A stretch of DNA of 63,667 nt, counting the filler, from Kipferlia bialata (lineage: Eukaryota): NCBI GenBank assembly GCA_003568945.1. It is 3 parts of 3 records of this genome, joined end to end, with 100 filler letters (N's around TTAATTAATTAA, not from the genome) between each part and the next. Parts side by side here need not be neighbours in the genome. Positions count along the whole stretch, not along the records: positions 28,207 to 56,236 come from BDIP01000158.1; 2 more parts are not named here. One strand, 5' to 3'. The notes beneath the pieces were generated by a model. The model saw only the letters and a program-made list of their open reading frames with translations, had not been told where the DNA came from and did no database searches. Shown here piece after piece: positions 37,594-53,400 of the stretch (positions are counted from its first letter, which is position 1; the number at the start of each line of letters is the position of its first letter). The translations under genes were made by a program, and so were the position numbers.

Positions 37594-40500
37594 TTGCGTA
37601 AATGGTTACTTGGATACACCACGTCTTACTGCGCATTCTCGACGAGAATTTCTCGTCCTATTCACACAGTACCATATAGTCTTATGCCAGCGTCTCAACG
37701 ACTCCTTGTCCGAATTGACACAGCACCTGCTGCTGATGCCTCTGATGAATCTATAACTCAACCAACAATGGACACTGGTCCCCAAGTTGGAGCCCAACCT
37801 ATATGTTCACTTCAAACTGCTTGCCCATGTAGAATACCTGATAGCGTGTTACGTGGCCCAACCTTACTTAACAGAAAATGTTGCGACAGGGGAGACTCAA
37901 CCACCTTGGTAAGGGTGTCTAGAGGATTACTGTCAGCCTAACACTCTTCCAGTTGAATGCATAATAGCATCTGATGTATAATCAACATTATAGATCACCC
38001 TTGTATGACTCCAGAGTCGGGCTGCTTGTGTGCTCGCTACAGTGTTCTCCTTGGCTATGTGTCTCTGGTGCTCTGAAGACTTTGAGGTTAGATCAACCAC
38101 ATGTAGGCACACTATTCTGTTACTATATACCTTGAAGAGGATAGTAAACTACATTGAAATTTCATGTACTAACATACAGGCCCTATACCATGTCCTCCCG
38201 CTGCATATACTGATATCGTGGTGGATGTATCGGGTGCCTGTGGTGGTTGATCCTTTTGCACTGACCATGTACTCGTGGATCACACATCCCAGTGTATTGC
38301 AGATGGTGCAAAAAGAGGTAGATATCATACGACTACATGTCTACTGTATGTCACAAGTGTGGTGCCTCCATCTCATCATCAGCACTGCCCATCCAATCAT
38401 GATCCCCCTTCTGCCCTGTCAGGGTACCTCCGATGGTTCCTGATGGACGAGGGGGATAGTCCTCCTCTACCTACACAGAAGGTTGGTGATTCACACACAC
38501 AAGTTGTGTGACGCAATCATTCAACCTATCGTCTCTCACACTCAAGGTGCTGCAACATATCCACGTATGTCTGCAGGCGGACAGAGATAGAGTGCTGGAT
38601 GGTTGCAACCCAGTGTGCCCTTTCGACCCACCATTAGTGTCTATGTACAAACAGGTACCAATCTTCAGTACATACTGTACTCTGGAGTGTGATATCCTCA
38701 TGTTGTAGGCGCTCTTCGAAACCGCAGCCGTGTTCCCTGATACTCTGCAGATATGGCTTCGTGGGTCTCTTCTGTCTACAAGGAGACTGTTAAAGATCAG
38801 GTGAGTCAGACTCCTGGACTAAACTCACTAAGTGGAATATATACACATACAGCATCCATCTTTCGCCCTTTGGTCCAACCAACTTCATTAACACCACAAC
38901 CCCCACTATACCCTTAGGAAGTGGATACAACGTACACCACTGGGTCAGTGGTATCGCAGAGTATTACCAGAATCCAGCGGTACAGTCACATACCACAACT
39001 CTACTGGTGAGTGTAGTTGCCCTGCTGAGTGAAGCGATACTATCTGGGATTAGCATTCACTGCCCCACGTTGACCGACAGGAGAACTAAGAGATCTGTTG
39101 ATTGGAATTCTGGGATGCAAGGAGCTTTCAAGGTGAGACCTTGGGTGTGTCGTGAATCACGAAGAGATTATGCATGTATGTAGCGGCAGGTTGAATTTAG
39201 TCACGCTGTAGTGTCCATATTGCTGCTAAGGTTTGCGGGTTCCACTTGACCACGGGTCGTGTACTTTGCCACACATTCGATAACCTGCCGTATAAACCTG
39301 AGGTAAGGGTTGCTTCCATCATTTGAAAACTGATGAATACATGACGTTTTGGTGTATACCCCTGCTTACTATTCTGATGTCAGGATGTTGATGACCATCA
39401 TTTCTTGCCTGTTGCCAGAACCTTTAGTCGGTCAAAAGTGACAAGCATTGCTCGACTTAAGACGCTGCCACACACTCCACAGCCACGTACCTTTAAGCTG
39501 AGGTATTATCAGACATTACATTCATTCACTATTACTATTGTATTTCTGCCGGTAACTATTCACTATGTGAGAAAAGTTATAGACACCACATTCTTAACAC
39601 GCAGATGGCCACCCACCGCATACCCGTTTGGCACTCCTTTGTACAGATACTTTCAGGTAAGAAAGGACACTAACTACAGTCCGATTCAGTGGCACACCTA
39701 AACAGAGGAAACGAAGTGGTGTCATGGCATTGTTTACAGTGTAAACTTTACACATACCCATAATGTCAGGCACCATACTGCCAGTACGGAACAGAGCACC
39801 ACTTTTGTGTCACTGAACAGTTTTACAGGATGTTTCTCCTAGAGCCGTACCAGGTAGATACTCGGAAAAACTAGTCATGACCGTCCACTCTATATCTTCG
39901 CAATCAACTTACTGTTCAGCCATACCAGACCTGGATGCGTATGCTAGACCAGATGATGCCAGATGTGCGGACATACATACTATCAGAGGAGGTAACAGTC
40001 ACTCCTAGTAGAGACGGGTGTATGATATTGTAATGGGGTTAACATCGTGATATGATTACTCATTACGACCTATTGCGATACAGTGTGGGCTTACTGCTCA
40101 GGGCTCTATGGAGGGACCTCAGGCTCCTCCTTGTTGCTATGCGTGTGCTAGGATTGTGGTACACAACGGCGAGGAGAGGGTATGGTAACTATTAAATCGC
40201 CAGTGCTGTCGTAGATCCTAAGATATACACATACCCCTCACTTTGCAGAAGGGAGTCAAGTTGACATGGCACCAGTATGTAGACAGAAGGGTAGCAGACA
40301 ATCGGCCACTGGAGGTAGAGTAGATCTACTATGATTGCTGAACTTTCACTTGTTAATGACACTACAGACAACTTCATACATCACTCCTGTCCCACAAAAT
40401 GCATAGTGAATCCTTTTGAATTCTCACACCAGAGCAGGGGTACCCTAACCTTCTACTGGCATAGGAACATGATGGATCTCATGAGACGTAGACACACACC

Positions 40501-42876
40501 CACTGACGTGAGCATGGAATTACCCCAAGTTCTACTCGATACGCTGCCCCGTTGCAATTGCAAGGTGTGCAGTGCCCAGTCAGAAACAGTACGATCAGTG
40601 GGTCAACACCATGGCAATACTATTGCTACACATCTCTCAGTGGAAGAGACAGTGTGCGTGAGCAAGAGGATATTGTCTCCACGCTTGTCCTCAAGTGAGC
40701 GACTAGACCCGCATATTCCCTTACACTTGTTCCTACCCCCTATTAAGGTGGTGTCCCAGGTACGTACTTGTTATTACACTCTTTTCGAATATCTAGTCAT
40801 ACATCCTATTTACTTCCACATATTCAATATCATAATGAATCATTATGTTCATGTGGCGGGAATTATACTAACTCAGAACTCAGCCGATGTCGTGGTCTAC
40901 CTCTTTAGACGTGTTATGGCCGATGCTCGATCCAGGTCGGTAGTGGTGTCTCCATGTTTACCATCTAAATACTATTATGGGTGTATATAACTCCTGACTC
41001 CAAGGGACTCTCTGCACCAGTTCAGCTCTGATGTCCACTTCGATACCACTCTTATCGAGACACACGTAATGGGACCCCCGTTGGAAATGGTGTCGATATT
41101 CCTGTTCACAAACATGTGGTACGTATCTCTAGGACAGACAGTAGTACACTCGTAGAAATCTCACTCATTATAGTTATGACACGTGCAACGTGTCTCTGAG
41201 GACATTTGTGGCCTTCCTCCTCACAATTCTGGTACGTCTAGGAAGTATTTCTCTGGTGTCAAACACAGAGGCACAGAACTTTCGCCATTACTTGCTATTG
41301 TAACACAATCATGCATCATCTTGTCATCGTCATCGTTCCTGTCACTAACGTAGCCTGCGTATCACACTGCACCTGGCCTCAACCCTGTCCAGTCCGCCCT
41401 GGACACCCTCCACCTCACACACCACCTAGTGCATGCAGTAAGAGCTAGCCACGCAGGGGTGTGCCTAATGACGCCACACCAGGTACATAGTACTGTCACT
41501 CTACACAGATATGGTGAATGTCAATTACAAATGATGTTGAGTCTCACTCCTCTGAATGTGTTCACTCTAGGGCCTACTTGTCACATTGGCAGCGCTGGCA
41601 GGGGGAATGGTAGCAGGTGCATAGTCTATTGTACAATGAGTACAGCTGCTTGCTACAATAATGGTACTTTCACCATTGGGATGGTACACGTATTTATCAA
41701 GTTATTGGCTAATCGGGACGGGCATTACTCAACAATGTTGAGTCAACATAGACAACTAGATCCTTCTGCAGGATACTAATTCCAGCAACTGGCACCGATG
41801 GTCGTTGCCAGGTCTCGTCTTGTCTGCACAGGGATCCAAGTGAACTTGCGCACACAGCAGGGTAATGTGGATCCCCCACCCAATATCACTCCAGTTCTCT
41901 TCACTGTATCAAAATTGTATTTTGTCCAAGTTCTGTCACATCACATATTGCACTCGTAGCACTAAAACAGACTCATATGTCTCACGTCAGGTTGGTGTTT
42001 ATTGTAGCGAAACAGACTGGTCTACTAGAGAACCTTCCGCTGGGCTGCTGCAACCTATTGAGAACACTTATCCTGACAATGTCGCCAACGGGAGTCTGTT
42101 CCATCATTCTAGAGGTATCTAACGATGTGTGTCCATTGTTACACAACATATAGGGTATGGGCATTGTATGGTTAGATACTATTTCTTATGGCTAGGTTAG
42201 ACGTTGGGGCAGGTGGTTGAGGTCAATGCCTCCTAAGGAGCTGGATGATGCACTGGTCGTTGCCAGATCCCAGGTGAGTGGGATAGGTCTTTTCAGTGTA
42301 CATAGTGTTGACACACCCTAGTCTAACATCAGCAAGAGGACCCTCTCCCATCTATCCTGTCTACGCCACACGGCCTGGTGGGATCAATAGAGTCAGTCAT
42401 ACTCAGGCACGTGCAGCATTGACTTTGAGTAACCAACGTCATCACACATCAGTCTTCTTACCCCAGAAGTATCATGGCTCTCTCAAGCATGGCATGGTGT
42501 CGCTGTCCCATACACTGTAGAAGGTAACTACCAGGGATGAAGGAGTGTGTGATGTAAGGCAGGGGTAGTGGGCCATATGGTGAACCTATATCCCCACCCA
42601 GTTTACACCCAGTTGGACTTGGCAGGCCTCACTCGCTGGAGTGTATGGCACTGCAGCATATGGTGTATACCCCAGATGGCAGGGGGTCACACCTGAGGTG
42701 CTGTCTCATACTATGAATTATAACCCCAACAACTGAAGTCTGCAGTTTAACCCCAGTGGTGCGACCAGTATCGTGGAGCCATGTTTGTACCCCTCCTTAA
42801 GGAGTTAGCGGGTGTTGCCTCAGTTCTCAACCTCAAGTACTTCGAGAATGTCCTTCAAGGGCTCGTGGGAGAGTGA
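37594..42876 (+). CDS. Large hypothetical multi-exon gene with short introns (boundaries approximate; may be more than one gene)
   Basis: Regular series of + strand exons bounded by AG/GT with open frames (e.g. DVDDHHFLPVARTFSRSKV, APYCQYGTEHHFCVTEQFY). Last exon ends ..LNLKYFENVLQGLVGE* at 42874-42876. Some phases are unresolved and no domain is recognised. Confidence 0.5.
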
Positions 42877-43030
42877 ATAGATGAAGTTGGACAGAGATTC
42901 TATTCTTGTTAGTGACGAGCGAATTCAGTTCACTCATAGACTGAACGAGTAAACACCATATACACCAGTTTCTTAATAAGAAATATAAGAATCTTATATT
43001 GACACAGAATTCGAGACCGCGCAGAACTAT

Positions 43031-45613
<2,583 letters not shown>

Positions 45614-46009
45614 ACTGGGGTAAATATGAAACACATAGAGATGTACATATGTGAAACCACTGAATGAGAGTCTCATTATGAGACTACTGAATACTATAGA
45701 TAGAGCAGACATAGGGGGGGGGGGGGGGGGGGGACTTGGGTGGGGGGGGGGGGCAGACTTCCCCCCGCCCCCTCTTTATCTTCCCCCTCACCCTCCCCAT
45801 CAAAGGTCAAAACTTCTCTCTGTTGCCCTACATATACGTCTCTTAGACCTCTTTTCAGTCCAGTTCCTGAGTGCAGTGTTTCTTGTCTCTCTCTCTCTCT
45901 TTATGTAATATACATACACACATTAATGTAGTCTCTCTCCATAAATATACTATATATGGTATATAGCACTTCATTTATGGTTGTTAGATTGCTAGTCTTC
46001 TAATCACAG

Positions 46010-46112
46010 GCCCTTTTGAGGTCCAGTTTCTGAGGTCTGGGGATGGGTTGTGTATAGGGCGGTTCCGCATACCCCTGGACCTAGATCCAAGCACACTGCT
46101 GTCAGAGGTATG

Positions 46113-46148
<36 letters not shown>

Positions 46149-49100
46149 GTGTATACTATATATATACTTGTGTTCCATATACCATTGTGTGTATATGACT
46201 GATGTGTGTGATTCTTGAAATGTAGATACAGATAGAGACAGGTATAAGTGGGTGGGTGAGTACAATATATAGAGAGGGAGGAAGCGTTGGTGAGAGAGCT
46301 ATACGCTATCACATACATACAGACTGGCATTTCGTCTGTATCAGGAGTGATATATGTAGTAACATATTATGATCTTGTTACTACTCTCTCACGGTCTGAG
46401 ATTCTCATACTCACCCTACCTGGTACACCATATATATTGAATTGTGTATATACTACATGTATGTACTCTAACTACTAGGTTGTACCCATGCTCACCCTTC
46501 CCCCACTCAGGAAAGACGAAGACGATGAGAGTGAGAGTGAGATGGAGATGGGTGCAGAAGTAGAGTCAGGCGGGGAGGGGGAGGGAGAAGACGAAGGAAC
46601 GCAAATTGAGCACGTAGGTTCTGGCTCGGGTGTTGCTGTGTCAGCAGTAGAACATGGTGGGACAGAGGGAGAGACCTCCGAGGATGAGGGGGATGAGACT
46701 GGTACTCTCTCAGAGAGTGGTGAGGATAAGAGTGAGACCCAGAAGGGCGACAGAAAGACTGAGACAGTGGTGAAGACATACATGGCTGGCAATGGTGAGA
46801 CAGACACCTCTAAGGGAGAGAGAGAGGCAGAGGCTGCTGAGGGTGCAGGGGTCGGCAGTTGTGCCACAGCTGTTACACAGGTGAGGATCAACATGCCACA
46901 TATACATAATGATATGGATATGAGTTATATCATATAACAGTATTCATTTGTACCAGTCTTGGTATATGTGGAGAATACTGCCTGACCCCTAGGTAACTAG
47001 TATGCTGGATATATAGTCACTTGATAGAGTATCGTCTGACCCCTAGATTGATGTGATACAGGAGGCAGGGTGTGATAGTGAGAGTAGTGTCACATCGGAA
47101 GAGACAGCTGATGGAGAGGGAGAGAGAGAAGATGGTGTTAAGAGAGATATAGAGGGAGAGGGAGTGGGACAGAGGGAGGACGGGGCAGATCCGGAGGAAG
47201 GTGGAGAGGAGACTACCCCTGAGGAGTCCGAAGCAGACATCCTGGCTAAACTGAAGGTATCTATCATCTCCTCGGGACACGACCGTTGCACAGATGCATG
47301 TCAAGAGTATATATTCTTACGTCTACTCATGTCAGAGTATCGTCTCCCTCAGGACACAGAACATGACACCGCTTCCACAGGAGATACCAATTGGCCTGTT
47401 GCAGGTAGAACTAGTAATATGCCTTCACTATAATCTTGAGTGTTTGGAACTCTACTCACTCTCAGACCCTAGCGTCTGGGCAGAACCTCCACATGGCCGT
47501 GGTGCTAGGTACTAAAGAATATGGATATATAATACATCTAGTATATTGAGTTATACTTTGTGTGAGTATCTCACCATTCAGTAGCCTATGGGTGTGAGTC
47601 CGACGTGCCCACCTACACTGACCTTGGCACCGCCCTTCCTGTACCCACCAGACAGTACATATGCAGTCCAGGTAGGGCTGGGCCAGCTATATGTATATAC
47701 ATATAAATACCATACCATATATTTATGTACTATCGCATTCATATACAATACCCTGCCCTAAGTCCAGGCCCCATCAAGTGCAGCCTGGACCTGTCCTCTG
47801 CCATCATGTACCCCATCACACCAAAGAACCCTACGCGGTCCACACCCAGCTGCACGGTTGTGAATGTGCTCTCCACCTGCCGCACTGTGCTGATGACACT
47901 ACTCGGTGACACACTCGTACAGTGCATCAGTCTATGTGACCCCCCTGAGGGGTGTCTGGAGTGTGTGTGTACACAGGGGGGGCAGTACCACCTGGTCAGG
48001 TACTGTTATACCTAATCTCAACAATCCTTATCACTGTACCCTCCTTGAAGACCACTTGCTCAGATCATACTCCCATCATATCAGACTCCAACCTGGCGCA
48101 CCTGTTGCATATAGCACACAGCCTGGGTTGGTAAACGATGGGGTATCCACTGATATTGGAGGGAGTGGGGAGGGTGCCCCACTCCACAGTGTGTATGGTA
48201 TCAGACACAAGAACCACACGGCCAACTGGGTACAGGTGCCCACTAAGGTAAACCACACTCTATACAGTAGTTTGCATTTAGTATATAGGATATCATAATC
48301 ACAACAGGTATCACATGGTGCCACCTTGGCCCTTCAGAAGCTGGAGAAGAACCGAGATACAGTTGTGGGAGGTATCGACACTCTTGATGGTTCAGTGGTT
48401 ATTGGACTGGTTGTGGTCGGTTACATGTCACAGATTCTCAGGCTGTCCTGTGACAAAGGTGTCAGCCTGAACGTGGCATGTACCCTCCGTACTCCTCTAC
48501 GTGTCACTTCCTCAGTCACCCTATCTGCCTTTGGAGAGACTGTCCTAGTGTGTCAGAAGGGGAAGGAGGAGGCGACTACTATTACCATGTCCACGGGGTG
48601 TACTTGTGTCTCTGCAGTGTCTGCACTTAACCAGAAACTCTGCCCCCTAGGCACACTCTTCACACTCAACAGCAGTCTCCATCTAGCTGTAGGTGGTGCC
48701 ACGTGTGTGCAGATACCTCTATCCACTGGTCAGTACGCAGTGGTTGGCGATGCCCTGTTATACACTGAGGGGGATAGTGACAAGAAGACCAACAAAAAGG
48801 AGAAGGAGAAGGAAACTAGTGGTGTGATACATATGCTGGACCTCTCCCCCTTCCGATCTGCGACTCTGTTGAGAGGAGCAACTGATTCAGAGGTTGGGGT
48901 ATCGGCACCAGATATCCCATGGGCATCCACTGGCAAGAAGACCGTCCCGTTCACCCCCACACTTGTGTGTCGCACAAGCCGTTCCTACCTGTACGTGGCA
49001 TTGACTGAGTCCTTGAAGGTAGTTGGTGTGGCAGAGTTTGACTGCTACAAGGGAGAGTGGCTAGATCTGGGACAAGGCCAGATTGAGATCCCTGAATCAG

Positions 49101-50404
49101 TCTCACTCATACCCCTTATCCACAACGATGCCACAATGATAGGCAGTGTTGTCTATGTGTGTTACAATGACCAGCTACTATCAGTAGACATCCTCTCTAA
49201 GGAGTGCACTGTGATACCCCTCACCCTCATCGACCACCCTAGACATGGTGTAGACTCACAGTGCATAGTGCTGCCCACCCCAACTGGGTACCGCCTCTGT
49301 AGAGTGTGTCCTGAGCAGCTGGTTGGAGATGCACCCGTCGGCAGACAGCTACACTACACGACAGCTGGAACGACAGCCAGTGGAGCCTGTATTGATGGTG
49401 TTCTATCTCTGTGCAACAGTTTCTCAGTGTGCTGTGGGGTGTGCAGACCTATACAGAGTCATCATGACGCCTCTGAAGTTAGCAAGAAGTGCGTGGAGAC
49501 CCCTGAGGAACTTGCAGAGACGGTTAGGCTGAGCCACCCTAGCAGAGTATCTGTGGGGTGCATGAACACTAGAGACGGGCTTGCAGAGTGCACACTCGCC
49601 AGATACGACTTCAAGGAGACCGTGATTCCAGTCTTACGCGGTGCCGTGGTGACATCATGTACCTTCACCAACTGCGACATGAATGACTGTGACATGTCAG
49701 GTGCTTCTGTGACAGGCTGCACATTCACAGGGTGTGCCATGCGTGACATGCAGACAGAGGGCGCCACGCTAAACAGTGTAAGGATGTCAAACTGCAGCCA
49801 GAGTGGGACCCTCTTCAAGGGCGCCATACTGACTGACACACACAGGGGCCTGCATGTAGTGGATATGAGGGATAGAGACCTGACGTCTGAAACGTTCACA
49901 ACTGCTGAGGACGACACTGCTGCCTGGGATGTATCTGGTAGCAGGGTGGCTGGGTGTGATCTATCTACATCCACCACACTCTCTGTCGCCCAGTTGGGCA
50001 CTCTGTCTAACCTTGTTGGTGCCTATCTCGCTACAAGGGATCTCACGGGGTTAGACCTAGCTGGCAAAGACGCCTCTGGGTGTGTGATGACTGGATGCAA
50101 TCTGAGCTGTGCGGATGTATCAGGTGCAGTACTGGACCAGGTAGACTTGACCAAGGCATGTCTCGTGGGTGTGACAGGCCTCACAGACACACAGCTACAG
50201 AGGGTGTATAGCGTGGTGGGGGCCAATCTAGGTGGCCTTGATATGCGAGGGTGGGACCTGTCAGACGTTAACGTGTCACACTGTGACATGCTGGGGTGTC
50301 AGTTGAAGGGGTGTACACTACACAGAGGGTACCTGACCGGCACCACCCTGCCAGAGGGACAGGGTAGGGTAGGGTGCAAGATCGTCCCTGCTGAGGTTGT
50401 GTGA
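46010..50404 (+). CDS. Protein with acidic low-complexity N-terminal exons and C-terminal pentapeptide repeats (terminal exon ~2.1 kb); 5' end not found
   Basis: ORF 48326-50404 ends in xxLxx/xxFxx 5-residue repeats (CTFTN CDMND CDMSG ASVTG; RDLTG LDLAG; ANLGG LDMRG WDLSD). The upstream exon 48064-48247 splices in frame. Glu/Gly-rich exons lie at 46479-46880 and 47047-47255. Confidence 0.75.
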
Positions 50405-50409
50405 CCCAC

Positions 50410-53400
50410 CAGTCTGTCAAAGGTGTGCAGGCTGGGGTAACCAAGAGAGTAGTACACAAGTATACATATATACATATATATGAATGAGTGTGCATATAGG
50501 AGGTATACTCTGTTATGTCAAAGGTGTGCAGGCTGGGGTTAGTCTACACCAAAAATGATTCATATATTCAGGAATGCAGATACACAAGTATATATATGTA
50601 TATATACACAGAGAATTAACGTGCAGAGATGACGTATACGCTGTGAAATGTGTGTTGACAGCTTAAGAGTATAGAGAGAGAGTCATGTATACATGTACAT
50701 ATATATACCTGAAGTTGTTCATCATTCCCTCGTACATCCCGGCCTTCTCCTCGGGGGTGGCCTGGACTGAGGGGCATTTACAAGAGTGAGTGTGAGTACA
50801 TAAATGAGACAACAATATTACTCCTTCTCCCACCCCATACCTTGTTGAAGTTCTCCCACATGTCGTGTGCCTCTGATAGCCTCTCGGCACCTGGGTGAGT
50901 AAGGAAAGTGAATGCGCAGAGATATAATACTCATACACATTACTATGGTGATAAAGATATATACGTACGCGCTACACTGAAACACCCATAGAATATCACA
51001 AACATGGATATTATTATTGATATGATTATACTCATACTCACCTGCCAGGTCCAGGAAGTTGAATGATACCTAAAATATACAAACACACACATCTACATGG
51101 ATACATGAAATAGTTTCAAAATAGTAATACCTGCCAGGTCCAGATATAGTGGCAGTTCCTTACCTATACAAAGATATACATAGACATAGAAGTACCTGCC
51201 AGGTCCAGGAAGTTGAATGTGCTCAGCCTGACCTTGCCTGACCTCTTGGAGTGGCGCCACAGCCTAGGGGGTTAGTGGATATACTAATACATATACAGAA
51301 AAATCCATACACACATATCCATAGATAGAGAGAGAAAGAAAGACATATGCTTGGAGTGGCGCCACCAGCCTAGAGCTTACGGGTGAATGCAATACATAGT
51401 CACGATGTATGAGTCACTGTCTGAAATGAAGGTAATAGCTAGATGTATGATCACTTTACACATATATATATATGCATACGTATATACATATATATATTGT
51501 GAATCCCTACCTCAGCTGTGACCAGGCATACACAGTATCTCTCTACTACCCACATACACACTTCCACACATATACATAGACACACTATGACTCCATACCT
51601 CAGCTGTGTGACCAGGTATACACAGTATATATATATATATATCTATATATATCTATATATATCTATATATATATATACACTATGGCTCCATACCTCAGCT
51701 GCGTGACACAGTGTGACCTGGACGAGGTGTCATTCATGCCCTGGAATGAGGTTGTAGAGAGAGAGGGAGAGAGAGAGAGAGAGAGAGAGTTGTAGCTGCA
51801 TACCGTGGCCCTTGTTGCTCTGGCCTCCACTGTTGATATGAACTTCATATCATATAAAGGGAATATATCCCTCAAAAAATATATAATATCTTGAGTACAT
51901 ACAGATATATATATATATACTATTCATATATTATCATATATATCCCTACATACAGTGGCCCTTGTGGCTCTGGCCTCGACTGTCGATATGAAGGGACTAT
52001 ACCACATATCATACGCAATAAATACAAAATGTATGCCTAATATACTGCGTATTGTATTGATCCATAGCCACGCACCGTTGCCCTTGTTGCTCTGGCCTCG
52101 ACTGTGGATATGAAGGGACCACTCATCACATAGCATACATATCCAAACACCATACGGAGTATATTCTTATGCAATGAACAATGTTTTGCTCTACACACGC
52201 ACCGTGGCCCTTGTTGCCCTGGCCTCGACAGTTGATATAGAAGGAATACATCTCACGTAGCACACACATATCTATATATATATTATCTAATGTATATATA
52301 CATATATATATATATACTACTCCATACCGTGGCCCTAGTGGCTCTGGCCTCCACTGTGGATATGATGGCATAGTATATATATACATAATACGTCATATAT
52401 AATGAATGGGGTATTGACTACATACCGTGGCCCTTGTTGCTCTGGCCTCCACTGTTGATATGAAGGACATGATGGCCTCCCTGGATCTTAAGGGTACCTG
52501 GGATAAGGCTTGATACACTACATACTGACAGAAACACTGTATATAGCTAAGCTATTAAAGATGAAGGACACGATGGCCTCCCTGGACCTCAGAGGGACCT
52601 AACAGTTAGGGATACTACCACAAATAGGTACAGATACAGGGTATACACACGTGATGTGATATAATACTGTATATACATATGAAGGTCATGATGGCCTCCC
52701 TGGACCTTAAGGGCACCTAGGATAAGACTTGATACTACTATACCATATATACACGCATATGTATATATATGTACTCTACCTGCATTGCCCCCTCCCCACG
52801 AGGCTCTCTCTCTCTCTCTCTCTCAACACACACACATATATATATATATATAGTAAATAATCATGTACAGCGTTATACCTGCATTGCCCCCACCACGTCG
52901 TGGTTGTTGTCGAGGTATGCCTCAAGGGATGGGTCCAACAGGTCACCAAGGCCTATGGTTATATATGGTACAATTATATAGACATATAATAGTGTCTCAC
53001 AATTATATGTGCCATGACACAGAGGTTTGATGCAGTGTGCGTGAACGTGTAGGACGTGTGAGAATAGTATCTACATATACTAGTAGTATATACAATACCC
53101 GTGAGTGAATACGTTGTCTCCAGCATGGACCCAGTCAGCACATATGTGTCGCCAAGGGTGGCTGGGGTGAGAAAGATATGCATATTGACACACTATATAG
53201 GAGCAAACCAACAAGAGAAAGTAAGTAGACTACGTACTCTCTGCCTCATTGAGTCCCTGCAGTATGGCCAGGGCTGCTCTAGGCAGTATGCCATAGTCAG
53301 GAGCAGAGGATGCAGATGCCCAGTCAACTGATAGTGAGATATATAGGGGTAGATGGATAGAGAGAGATAGAGAGGGAGAGTAATGCCATAGTCAGAGGCA

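Noticed and set aside
45663..45685. Overlapping short inverted repeats (AGTCTCAT-T-ATGAGACT)
   Set aside because: Too short and single; no transposon ends or target duplication seen.
49462..50289. Antisense ORFs over long exons (also 29098-29571, 30058-30726)
   Set aside because: Shadow frames of GC-rich coding sequence with no independent motifs.
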